DNA of 64,000 nt from Nemertoderma westbladi (lineage: Eukaryota; Animalia; Xenacoelomorpha): contig JAUCBJ010000603.1 in NCBI GenBank assembly GCA_032718475.1, positions 1 to 64,000 on the forward strand. Reading direction: 5' to 3'. Positions 24,976 to 35,683 of this stretch are shown here, in pieces (within the stretch, counting starts at the first letter, position 1; every line of letters begins with the position of its first letter). The position numbers and the translations under genes are program-made. The notes under the pieces were generated by a model. It did no database searches and was not told the DNA's origin. It worked only from the letters and a program-made list of their open reading frames with translations.

Positions 24976-25354
24976 ACTTTATTTTAGATTTACCAATAAT
25001 TAGTTTTATATATTGGTTTCTATATGACCTCATTGACTTTCATCTCGTTATACTTAGCCATAGGGTATACAGCTCCCTTACTGGTAACTAATTACTCTTA
25101 TCTATATCAAGACAGCTTTATCGTTGACCTTTGACCTTTGACCCCCAATTAGCTTTAACCAAGCAACAGCTTATTAATAATAGTTGTATCCAAGCGCCCC
25201 ACCCCCCCACCCCGTGACAGCTCTGATTACTAATTACTCTTACCTATATCCAGCCGTCTGCAGTTCCATAGTCTGCCGCTAGAGGGCATATGATCTGAAA
25301 TTAACATCTTCTCTAACTTTGCTATTTTCATTCCGAATGGGTTTAAACTCGGTA

Positions 25355-25900
25355 GGCATCTACTACGGCATAGGCCATATCTTTTGCGGAGCCATAGAGT
25401 AGTCTGAAGTTCCCCTGTCTACCGCTAGAGGGCGTATTATTTAAAAATTAACATCTTCTCTAGCTTTGTTATTTACAATCCGCAAAACTATGAAGTTATA
25501 TTGCTTAAGGGTTCTAAGGGGCGAGCCATGAGGCAAGATGTTTGAGGCTTATTTAGATATATTATTACTTAATTTGACCCCCCAATCGGCATCTACTACG
25601 GCATAGGCTATATATTTTGCGGAGACATAGAGTAGTCTGAAGTTCCCCTGTCTGCCGCTAGAGGGTGTATTATTTGAAAATTAACATCTTCTCTAGCTTT
25701 GTTATTTACAATCCGCAAAACTATGAAGTTATATTGCTTAAGAGTTCTAAGGGGCGAGCCATGAGGCAAGATGTTTGAGACTTATTTAGATATATTATTA
25801 CTTAATTTTGACCCCCCAAACGGCATCTACTACGGCATAGGCTATATCTTTTGCAGAGTCACAGAGTAGTATGAAGTTCCCCAGTCTGCCGCTAGAGGAC
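25355..25900. repeat. ~234-bp tandem repeat, about 2.3 copies
   Basis: GGCATCTACTACGGCATAGG recurs at ~25355, 25589 and 25822. Confidence 0.85.
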
Positions 25901-25996
25901 GAAATGTCTCAAAGTGAAAACCATACGGTAGCCATGAATTGGTTACTAGGCAATAATACTGCATTTTGCAACGTTAGGCCTATTGCTGACCGAACG

Positions 25997-26078
25997 AAAA
26001 CTGCCCTGGTTCATGCAGGGGTCGAACCCATGACATACGAGAGATGTGAATTCTACGCAACCACTACACCAAGGTGGA
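25997..26078 (-). ncRNA. Possible Pol III (tRNA-derived) transcription unit
   Basis: Minus strand has A box TGGTGTAGTGG (26071-26061), B box GGTTCGACCCC (26028-26018) and a TTTT terminator; no full cloverleaf. Confidence 0.45.
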
Positions 26079-26142
26079 ACAGTAACCTTCGAATTTGTTC
26101 GTTGACGTTCGAATTTGTAAGACTCTCATTTAAGACTTGACA

Positions 26143-26885
26143 CAGACTATGCCTCACTGAGGCATAGACTATGATCTCACTGAGGCATAGACTATGCCTC
26201 ACTGAGGCACTGAGGCATAGACTATGCCTCACTGAGGCATAGACTATGACTCACTGAGGCACTGAGGCATAGACTATGCCTCACTGAGGCATAGACTATG
26301 CCTCACTGAGGCATAGACTATGACTCACTGAGGCACTGAGGCATAGACTATGACTCACTGAGGCATAGATTATGCCTCACTGAGGCACTGAGGCATAGAC
26401 TATGCCTCACTGAGGCACTGAGGCATAGACTATGACTCACTGAGGGATAGACTATGCCTCATTGAGGCGTAGACTATGCCTCACTGAGGCACTGAGGCAT
26501 AGACTATGCCTCACTGAGGCATAGACTATGACTCACTGAGGCATAGGCTATGCCTCACTGAGGCATAGACTATGACTCACTGAGGCACTGAGGCATAGAA
26601 TATGACTCACTGAGGCATAGACTATGCCTCACTGAGGCATAGACTATGTCTCACTGAGGCATAGACTATGCCTCACTGAGGCACTGAGGCATAGACTATG
26701 CCTCACTGAGGCATAGACTATGCCGCACTGAGGCACTGAGGCATAGACTATGACTCACTGAGGCATAGACTATGCCTCACTGAGGCACTGAGGCATAGAC
26801 TATGACTCATTGAGGCATAGACTATGCCTCACTGAGGCACTGAGGCATAGACTATGCCTCAGTGAGGCATAGTCTATGCCTCACT
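26143..26885. repeat. Palindromic minisatellite, 22/30-bp unit CTATGCCTCA-C-TGAGGCATAG
   Basis: Visible, about 30 units; short inverted copy at 28960-29012. Confidence 0.95.
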
Positions 26886-27094
26886 TCAATATACGAGCAC
26901 AAAAAAGTTTACAAGCACAGGTTCAAATCCAACTAAAGCTCTATATATTTTGCATTGAAGTGGAATACTTTAGATGCTGGGGGGGAATCTGGTTTGCGAG
27001 GGATATTTGAATGGTGAGTATAACTATCCTTGAGAGTTAGTGTGACGTTATCTCACTATGGATGGGCTTTACCACTGTACTCGCATCTACTCTC

Positions 27095-27222
27095 TCATTG
27101 GCTGTCTAACTTTCCTCCCTCGAGTCCTGATTGGCTGCCTAACTCACCCTCGCACTCTGATTGGATAATCCATTCTAGCCTCCCTCTATAATAACCCCCG
27201 TTCAACGCATTCCCAGTCATTC
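27095..27222 (+). promoter_or_regulatory. Probable Pol II promoter of the 350-aa ORF
   Basis: Three ATTGG (inverted CCAAT) boxes, TATAATAA at ~27187 and an initiator-like CAGTCATT about 27 nt downstream. Confidence 0.5.
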
Positions 27223-27334
27223 TCTAAGTTTTATATTAAAAAGTTTTATTTATTTTCATAAAAGTTTAATTTATTTAAAATTTTGTAAAATCATTTAGCT
27301 AAAATTCAATATTATCAATTGACATTGCTATATA

Positions 27335-28387
27335 ATGCATAGACATGAAAGTTGTTTGGTTTGTAATAAAGAAATGAGACAAGACAATTTATCTCGTCAT
27401 ATGGAAACACATGGAAAGGAAAAACTAATGGCTCCATTACCAAAAAAATTTAAAAAATCCGAAGATATTTTTAGTGAAGATGAAAAGAAAAAGAGAGATG
27501 AGCGTGATATATTAAATATAAAACAGACAATGGAAAGTAAATTTCATAAAGTTATGAATATTTTGAAAGGGATACAAAAACAGTTACCCCTAGAAAATGA
27601 GGAAAATTTGAGTGAGAAAGATGGAGAAGAAGAGGATGATGAGATGGAGAATGAAAATAGTGAGGGTCAGGATGAAGTTGAAGAGAGTGAAGTTGAGAAC
27701 GAAGAAAGTGAAGATCAGGATGATGATGAAGAAAGTGAAGGTCAAGAAGAGGGTGAAGATAGCGAAGGTCAGGAAGAGAATGAAGAAAGTGAAGAACAGG
27801 AAGAGGATGAAGAAAGTGAAGAACAGGAAGAGGATGAAGAAAGTGAAGGCGGGGAAGAGGATGAAGAAAGTGAAGGTCAGAAAGAGGGTGAAGAAAGTGA
27901 AGATCAGGAAAGTGGAGAAGAGGATGAAAATGATGATAATGAGGAAATAAAGAGGCAATTACTTGGAAATAAGAATCAATTGCGGAAAATTATTAAACAT
28001 TTGAAGGAAAATGAAGAAAATAAAGAGGCGACATTGACCCAAGTCCTAGGAAGTAAAATTAAATTACAGAAATTTATTAAACATTTAGAAGAGAATGATG
28101 AAAATAAAGAAGAGATATTGAGACAAATATTAGGAAACAAAAATCAAATGCGGAAATTTATTAAACAAATGGAAGAAAATGAGGAAAATAGAGAAGAGAT
28201 ATTAAGACAGGTTCTGGGAAATAAAAGTAAATTACTGAAAATTAATGAACAATTGAATAAAATTAAGAAACAGTTGGGTAATGAGGAAGATGAAAGTAAA
28301 GTAAATCAACCAGCTTTTACTAATTTTCGAAGACCTATGATAAAAAACTCTCGTTCAGTATATGCCCGCGCAGGACGACGCTATTGA
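27335..28387 (+). CDS. 350-aa protein: N-terminal C2H2 zinc finger, basic NLS-like motif, long Glu/Asp tract and ~27-aa helical repeats
   Basis: Intact ATG ORF with CLVCNKEMRQDNLSRHMETH, PKKFKK, (EEQEEDEESE)n and about four EEILRQILGNKNQ-type repeats. Confidence 0.8.
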   Translation: MHRHESCLVCNKEMRQDNLSRHMETHGKEKLMAPLPKKFKKSEDIFSEDEKKKRDERDILNIKQTMESKFHKVMNILKGIQKQLPLENEENLSEKDGEEEDDEMENENSEGQDEVEESEVENEESEDQDDDEESEGQEEGEDSEGQEENEESEEQEEDEESEEQEEDEESEGGEEDEESEGQKEGEESEDQESGEEDENDDNEEIKRQLLGNKNQLRKIIKHLKENEENKEATLTQVLGSKIKLQKFIKHLEENDENKEEILRQILGNKNQMRKFIKQMEENEENREEILRQVLGNKSKLLKINEQLNKIKKQLGNEEDESKVNQPAFTNFRRPMIKNSRSVYARAGRRY

Positions 28388-29414
28388 CATTTGTTTGTTT
28401 GAGTTCCTTTCATAATAGTGTTAGGGCTATTTATCCAAAACAATTATATTAGTATTAGGACTATTTATCCATAACAATTATAATAGTATTAGGACTATTT
28501 ATCCATAATAATTATATTAGTATTATAAATGTATTTACCCCACAATATTTATTACTATTAGGTCTATTTATTCAAGAAATTATATGTTTTTATAATATAC
28601 TTTGGAAAATTGGTCGACTAAGTCATAATTTTTAAAACTTTAAATACGGGTTGAGTTATTTTATAAAGTTAAGAAGAATGAACCAATAGAGGCAACCTGA
28701 AGTCTAATCTCTTGGCCTTTACTCACATTAACTCCCAAGGTTGCATACTATCACTATAGCTGGGAGAGTCAAAGCTAGTGGTCACTAGAGTCAGCCGAGT
28801 GCTAGGAAAAAGAATAATGCTCTTCTAGGGTTCGAACTCACGACCTTCTAATTAGAAAACTAAGCAAATGGTCAGCTTGAAGACCTTAGACCCTTAATCT
28901 GAGGCATCGAGCAGCCAATGAGACAGCAGATGCGAGTACAGTGGTAAAGCCCATCCATGGTGAGGCATAGTCTATGCCTCAATGAGGCATAGTCTATGCC
29001 TCAGTGAGTCATATTCTATACAAATAATTAATTAAAATTAAATATAAATAAATAAGTATTAATGAAAAAAAGAGCTGCGGTGTCACTTATGACACCCTCT
29101 TGAGCCGGCTCTGCGACAGTTAGACAACACTGATGACCCATTGTGTGTCAGGGCGCTAATCAGTCTGATTAATTAGGATAATCAATTAAACCCTAATTAG
29201 GAGTCATATGACACCTGTTAGGGTTTAATTGTACTAATTAATTGATGACACCTGTCAATTAGGGTCTAATTAGCCTAATTGGGAGGTGTCACCCAGACAG
29301 TCTGGCGCCAATGACACCCAATGACACCCATAGGGTGATAATTGGGTGTCATATGACACCCAATGGGTGTCAGTTGGGTCTAACTGTCGCAGAGCCGCCC
29401 AAGACCCTACTACT

Positions 29415-29734
29415 GGCGTTTCAGCAACTGTAATAGTGTACTACTGTATATGTGTTTCCACCACTGTGTAATACTTGTCTATATGCGTTTCAGCAGCTGT
29501 AATAGTGGACTATATGCGTTTCAGCCACAGTAATATTAGACTAAGACTATAGGCGTTTCAGCAACTGTAATAGTGTACTACTGTATATGTGTTTCAGCCA
29601 CTGTGTAATACTTGTCTATATGCGTTTCAGCAGCTGTAATAGTGGACTACTGTATATGCGTTTCAGCCACTGTAATACTTGTCTATTTGCGTTTCAGCAG
29701 CTGTAATAGTGGATAATATGCGTTTCAGCCTTGT
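29415..29734 (+). repeat. Satellite remainder right of the Polinton-like insertion
   Basis: Matches 18920-19240. Confidence 0.95.
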
Positions 29735-30634
29735 GCTAGACTATATACTCAAGAAGGACACGCGCACATAAGGTCATGCATGATATGCTGTACAGTATAT
29801 CCTGCTTTACTCGCTGAGTTACCGGAGTTGTAGAATATTACAATTTTCGTATAATAATGACTATTTATTGTACGTTAAATAAAATATGCTTTATTTACCG
29901 TTCCTCCCGAGATCAGTTATCTACCGACAGAGCGCCGCGAGAGAGGTTGACAAGTCTGACCGAGGTGCGAAATCGTAATCAGCGTGTTTTATTTATCGTA
30001 AAATATGTAATTTTATTGTTAAATTCATCATTATTATTATAATTATTAAAAGATATCATTGTTTAATAAGTAATTAAACATTGCACCAGTCACACCGCAA
30101 TTATTCAACGTCCTTATTTGTTGATACCAATGGAAGTTTGTCGTTGTAAGGATTTTAAATTTGTAAATAACTGTTAATGTCGTTCAGAAATAGCTGAGAT
30201 GTCGGCATTCAAACAGTCCAGAACTTTGCATCCGATACAGCCTGCAGGGCAGGCCATTTATTATATTTAATAAATACACAATATCCTGGAGGAACATATG
30301 TATTTGAAGATTATTAATTACTTGATGTCATTTTACTAGTCGTAGCTAGTCATTAAATAAATAAAATGCACCAGAATAGTATTTATTACAGAACGAAGTT
30401 GACTGTTTGATCTGCAGTAATCCCCATTTATTTAACTAGGTGAATAATGCAAATCTTATTTACCGTTAGCCCATTGACTGAGCGGTAAATATCGTAAATT
30501 TTAACAATAAATTCAATTTTTGTACAGCCAACTCTTAGCCTATGTAAATCAACATGACAGTTATCACGTGATAAACTATATGTTATATATTTATTTTTTG
30601 TTTTTTGCGCAGCAAGAGGCATTACTAACTGTAA
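29735..30634. repeat. ~900-bp non-satellite block, copy 2
   Basis: Near-identical to 19241-20140. Confidence 0.9.
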
Positions 30635-31537
30635 CAGTATACCACGTATTGTAATGATTTATTGTAATTGTATAGGGTTTTCGGAAAAAATAAACTCACC
30701 CTAATAATATTATTGACCCTACAAATAATGTCCATCCATAATGAAATGTACTTTACGTACTGTACACTACCGTACCTTTACGTAATCCGTAATTGCGTAA
30801 TTATTCTGGTCAAAGTATATGGTAAATAAACAATATGATTAAACAAAGCTTTTGATAAAATTGATAAAAACATTTTACACCTGCGCGCACAGGCCTTAAA
30901 TCAAAATATATAATACATGTAATACACACTATTTTTCTCGTATACATGCAATAATTCGTAATGCGTAGGATATTGTAGAATTACAAACTCCGTAGTACAA
31001 ATGGAACTAGTGGCAATCGTCACTACTAATTTACCTAAATTGCCATGGGAAAAGGAAAATCGTAATTTAGGTCGAGCCATGATTCCTACCGGAATGATAT
31101 TGTTTGTACTTTACGAGGTTGGAAGCGGTCGAGGTTGCTACAGAATGAATTCATGGTGCGGTGTGTGTCTGTCTGGGGTGGTATAGGACTATTTGTAGCC
31201 GGGGTTATGGCCATCGTTCTTAGCAAGTTTTCCCCAAGAAGGGACAACAACAGCTAAGTGTTTAAAGGGTCTACATAATATTGTCATAGTATGTTTCGAC
31301 TTCGCGTGTCTTATACAAGCTTCAATTCGCGGCATTACTGAATGTAGTCGATTCATCTCGCAGGAAACAACATACGAGGAATGCAAATCAATATTTCTTA
31401 TAAGTTTGTGTTTTTGGATATCTGTGGTGTTTATGGCGGTGACGCAACTTGTATTCATTTACTGTAGACTTTGTTCGTGCAAGGCGGCCAATGTGATTGC
31501 GGTTAAAGATAATACGTCATATATGGAACGTCATATA

Positions 31538-31839
31538 TTAGTTCGTGGGGCCTTCGCGCAGCACGGAGTGCGCAAAGCCATTAGCATATGGGCAGCATTA
31601 ACGAGTTGTCTGCTGTTAGTCAGAAGTCTTCAACACAATACTCGTCCTCCTCTTGTGCCCTGTTGCGTTCGTTCGATTCTTTCTAACCTTTTGACGGACT
31701 ACATACATACCAAGTTTCGTTTAATTTCATCAAGGAATAACCGAGTTATTAGCGATCAAAAATTGACGATGATGACGACATATGACGATGACGATGACAG
31801 ACGACGACGACAGACTGACGGCACCAATGGCACCCATAT
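31538..31839. mobile_element. Small Helentron/HINE- or MITE-like element interrupted by element B (continues at 59182-59220)
   Basis: ATACCAAGTTTCGT motif and a GAC/GACA microsatellite. The rejoined right end CCCATATGCTAA-GGCTTCGC...GCCCCAC is an inverted repeat of GTGGGGC...GCAAAGCC-A-TTAGCATATGGG (31545-31592). Confidence 0.6.
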
Positions 31840-32888
31840 TGTTCGCGCTTTTAGACCTTTAACAGTTTAACCTGCTAATTTATGTGTCTTATAATGTCTG
31901 ACAGCCTGTACAAAATATGACCACAGTAGAAGCCAGTCTAGCGCGGCGTATGACCCTCTGTGTGTGGGAGACTGGATTCTATGGCAGAGAGAGGAGTAGA
32001 CTAATTTGTATTATTCGATTGGTTTCTACTATATAATCTCCAAAAACTACGTTTATTTTCAGGGAAATACCAACAGTTCCTTTCAGGTGCTGCGCTTTAA
32101 GTATCACGCAGAGTTATGACTTATACTAATTACAATGGATGGGCATGAGATAACGCAAATGTTTACATTCTTTATGAATGTATTATTAATCGTACACACT
32201 CACGCAACTGACAATAGTACTGAAACACACCAATTTGCCGACTGTTACCAATTTTACTCATATATAAGGGGAAATTTAGCTCACCTACATTGGGGACTAT
32301 GAAACAGCATTAACTCCTACAAACCACTGTTATTTGAGCTAGGCAATTGTGACTAGTCTTCCCCTCCGCTTACCTCAGTAATCAAGAAAACCAAGAGAGT
32401 TATTCGTGAGTATTCTCCAAACATTAGCATTAATCAAATTCGGTTACAAACCACAATATATTATATCAGCATAAAACAGTATATAGTATCAGTATACAGT
32501 GTCAACAGTCAGACAGTGCAAGTTTGATAATCAGTGAGAGCAAGTAAGTAAGTTAAGTTAGATTTGCGTTCTAAGATCTCTCTGGCCACTGATGTTTCTG
32601 GGCAAAGTCAGAAAGTCAGAGTGTGACAGAAAGTCACAGGAAGTGAAGATTTGCCGTATTGCATCATTTTATATATATCACCATGGCATGAATTCGAAAA
32701 TCGCGCTGATTGCCCGAAATATAACATGAGCTCTACGCATAACGAAACAGCTGAAGATTTCGTCATTTGCAACTCAATACCAAAACAGACGATAGAGGGC
32801 ATAAACCTATAAATTCTATAGTGCTATAAAATAATTCTGGCACATTTAGAGTAGTTCGCGAATTGCACAAAAATGCCACATTTTTGCC
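31840..32888 (-). repeat. 3' LTR of B (first ~15 bp deleted)
   Basis: Homologous to the A LTR; 32327-32888 matches 58597-59161. Confidence 0.9.
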
Positions 32889-33077
32889 CCAATCTCCCTC
32901 CAACACATATTAGCCCATCAAACATCATTCATTTCAAACATTTAATTCCTTCTAGAGTTTCGACCCTCAAATAGGCTACTATACCTATTCCAATATCGCT
33001 GGCGTCTCCAAAAACATGGAGTTGATAGGAATAATTGGGGAGAACGTGACCAAAATACGAGTGGGAAATCTTAAAGT
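32889..33077 (-). pseudogene. pol: B pol fragment: RNase H start joined by deletion to the pre-integrase motif
   Basis: Translates FKISHSYFGHVLPNYSYQLHVFGDASDIGIGIVAYLRV...DGLICVGGRLG, in frame with ...WEDSLPAIEN at 40210 once the Gypsy and one TSD copy are removed. Confidence 0.85.
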
Positions 33078-33494
33078 TGTGATATTGTATTATGGCATGG
33101 TGTATTATTGGACTGATTAGTATGTATTGTATAGGTTAGGTAGGTATGATATAGTAGTATCTTGTTAGCACCTAGGGTGTGAACAGTCGGTTGTACGATA
33201 GCTGTCAGGGATATAGTCCTGGGGGCAGGGCGCAGTCAGTAGTTATCATTCAGTTTAGTTATTGCGATGACTTACCGGTGTAGGGTTGTCAGTCATGTTT
33301 TGTAGGTAGTTCGTTATTAGTTTCATTGTCTGATTGTATCACATCATTATTTGTTATTCATGTATCTCAATACACAATATACTGATATACTGCAGCTGGT
33401 TTCCTAGTTTTACTTCAGTCTTCTCCAGCTCACCCCTCGAGCGGGATAGTGCGTGGCCGTGGATCCGGGACCGGGCGCAGATAGCGCTTCCACA

Positions 33495-33511
33495 TGGGGG
33501 CTCGTCCGGGA
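33495..33511 (+). other. Primer-binding site for tRNA-Pro
   Basis: TGGGGGCTCGTCCGGGA, 17 of the 18 nt of the classical MLV tRNA-Pro PBS. Confidence 0.93.
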
Positions 33512-33927
33512 GAAGAGAAACTGACAGTCTGACAGGCCTACTGCGCTACCCGCTACCGGAAACAGGTACTCTAACTCTGTCTGGCCTACCAGGCTATCGC
33601 TACCACGACCAACTACCGTACCCATCACTGCATCAGGCAGTCAGACTGTCGGTGGCGGGTCTCTGCAGCTCTGACGATTATTCCACTGTATGCCTGCGCG
33701 TCGACCCGAGCGCAAACGAGCTGGAAGCGTTAACTTTCCCACGGGTAAGCCTTCCTATCGGCAGAAACTGCGTTCCGCTTCTGGTTCTCCTCATCCAGAC
33801 AGCACGGACGAACATTCGTTCCTCTACAAGTCATCGGGAGCTGCTTCAAAGTTGTGTCGTGGTTCTCTCTCGCCCTCGTTACACGGATCGCGACAGCAAT
33901 GGGGATCCTTGAACCGATCAATTTCAG

Positions 33928-34232
33928 GGCCGCCGACTACTCGACGACGAGATTCGCCAACGGTTGCTCCGCCGACTACTCGATGACGGGATTCTCCAAC
34001 AGTTGCTCCGCCGACTACTCACGACGAGATTCTCCAACGGTTGCTCCGCCGACTACTCGACGACAGGATTCTCCAACAGTTGCTCCGCCGACTACTCGAC
34101 GACGAGATTCTCCAACGGTTGCTCCGCCGACTACTAGACGACGGGATTCTCTGACGGTTGCTCCGCCGACTACTCTATGACGAGATTCTCCAACAGTTGC
34201 TCCGCCGACTACTCGACGACGAGATCCGACTA
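33928..34232 (+). repeat. 39-bp tandem repeat (~8 copies) in the Gypsy 5' UTR
   Basis: CCGCCGACTACTCGACGACGAGATTCTCCAACGGTTGCT. Confidence 0.93.
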
Positions 34233-35683
34233 TGGAAAGCATCCGCAAGGAACCGGACTGCTTTGATGGTTCTGGTGATTTCGAGGCGTGGAACAGATCG
34301 GTGCAACGGATCGCCAGACTCAGGGGGCGGAAGAACGACGCTCTCGGTAAGATTGTGCCTGTTTATTTAACCGGTAGGGCTGCACGTGTCCTTGATGAAC
34401 TGGCTGAACACGAACAGGAAAACTATGATGCAATTCGTGATATTTTACGTGCCCGTTTTTGCCCCCAGGATACTAGTTTTGTGTACAATGAATTACTAGA
34501 TCGTAAACAGAAGGTGGGGGAAACTATTTATGAATTTTCCGATATTATAACTAGTTTAGGGGTACAATCTTTTCCGGGAATGAGCACTGAGCGACGGGAA
34601 CTTTTACTTTTGCCAATATTTTATAGAGGGATTTCCCCTGAATTAGCGAGAAGTATACGGTTAACAGAACCGCGCAATTTTGGGGAGGCAGTTCACCGTG
34701 CTAGGCGCGAGGAACTTTATTTAAGACAGGAAAATAATGGTATATTTGGCTGTGAATTGGGCGATCGTAGGGACCAGAGTAATAGGCCCAGGGAACCGCC
34801 TCCCAGTCCCAGACAAACTTCATACAGGAAGGTTAGTTTTTCAGAACAGTCCCCAAAACAGACTGATATGAGTTATCCAGAAAGACAACTGAAGGACTTA
34901 CAACTGAAACTGTCCAATCAGACACCAAATACCAGTAGCTACCCACGCGCCAATTATAATAATAATTATAGCCGCGATAATCACGGTCGGGGACAGAATA
35001 ACTGGTTTGACCCCAACGCAAGGTGGACTGGTACTAGCGGTATGGGCAACTCACGGGACAGCAGTAACAGAGGGTTTACACTACGATCTAATAACTACAG
35101 TAGCAACAGTTCGGTTACTTGCTACAACTGTGGGGAACCGGGACATTATAACCGAAATTGCACTAGACCAGGTACGAATACCAACTCAAATCCTAACAGG
35201 CAATACTCTAACCCGAATTACAACCCTAACCCTACTTATAACCCTAACCCTAATTTTAACCCTAATCCCAATCCTAACACAAACCGGGATTTAAATCCCA
35301 ATCCAGCTTCAATGTACACAGCTGTAGTGTCCAATAAACTAGACATGCATTTACCAGTAAGAATCGAAAATGAGGATGGTGAAGCATTTTTAGATAGTGG
35401 CTCACATTATTCCCTGATAGATGTTAGGAAACTCCCATCCGGTGTGCAGTTGCGTGCCCTTTATTTACCACCTATTAGCGGTATAGGGGGACAGGTTAAA
35501 CCTATGGGATTGGCTACTTTACAAATATCAGTTACAAGCAATTTTTCGGTTTCCCTCGAGGTCCACGTAGCAGACTTATCTTGTGTTGGGATTCCCCCAT
35601 TTCTGTTAGGGTTAGATTTCGTAAGTATTGCTTGTGCGTCCATAGATTTTCTAGACAGATGTTTGGTTCTAACCAACCAGTAA
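34232..35683 (+). CDS. gag: Gypsy Gag with CCHC knuckle and aspartic protease
   Basis: PDCFDGSGDFEAW, CYNCGEPGHYNRNC, AFLDSGS, FLLGLDF. Confidence 0.92.
   Translation: MESIRKEPDCFDGSGDFEAWNRSVQRIARLRGRKNDALGKIVPVYLTGRAARVLDELAEHEQENYDAIRDILRARFCPQDTSFVYNELLDRKQKVGETIYEFSDIITSLGVQSFPGMSTERRELLLLPIFYRGISPELARSIRLTEPRNFGEAVHRARREELYLRQENNGIFGCELGDRRDQSNRPREPPPSPRQTSYRKVSFSEQSPKQTDMSYPERQLKDLQLKLSNQTPNTSSYPRANYNNNYSRDNHGRGQNNWFDPNARWTGTSGMGNSRDSSNRGFTLRSNNYSSNSSVTCYNCGEPGHYNRNCTRPGTNTNSNPNRQYSNPNYNPNPTYNPNPNFNPNPNPNTNRDLNPNPASMYTAVVSNKLDMHLPVRIENEDGEAFLDSGSHYSLIDVRKLPSGVQLRALYLPPISGIGGQVKPMGLATLQISVTSNFSVSLEVHVADLSCVGIPPFLLGLDFVSIACASIDFLDRCLVLTNQ

Larger units (their letters stand above)
23346..29414. 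mobile_element. Non-autonomous Polinton/Maverick-like DNA transposon (6069 bp)
   Basis: Termini AGTAGT...ACTACT, ~395-bp TIRs (23346-~23740 and ~29020-29414), 6-bp TSD GGCGTT at 23340-23345 and 29415-29420. No polB, integrase or capsid ORF. Confidence 0.85.

Noticed and set aside
27590-27958. Overlapping Phe-rich and Lys-rich ORFs
   Set aside because: Alternative frames of the acidic repeat tract
32901-32910. AACA-CATAT suggesting that 31840-32905 is a solo LTR with its own TSD
   Set aside because: These bases encode the BEL pol motif DGLICVGGRL on the minus strand and do not match the LTR terminus AAAAGCTTTAACA; coincidence
35215-35305. Telomere-like CCCTAA repeats
   Set aside because: They are in-frame Asn-Pro codon repeats within Gypsy Gag
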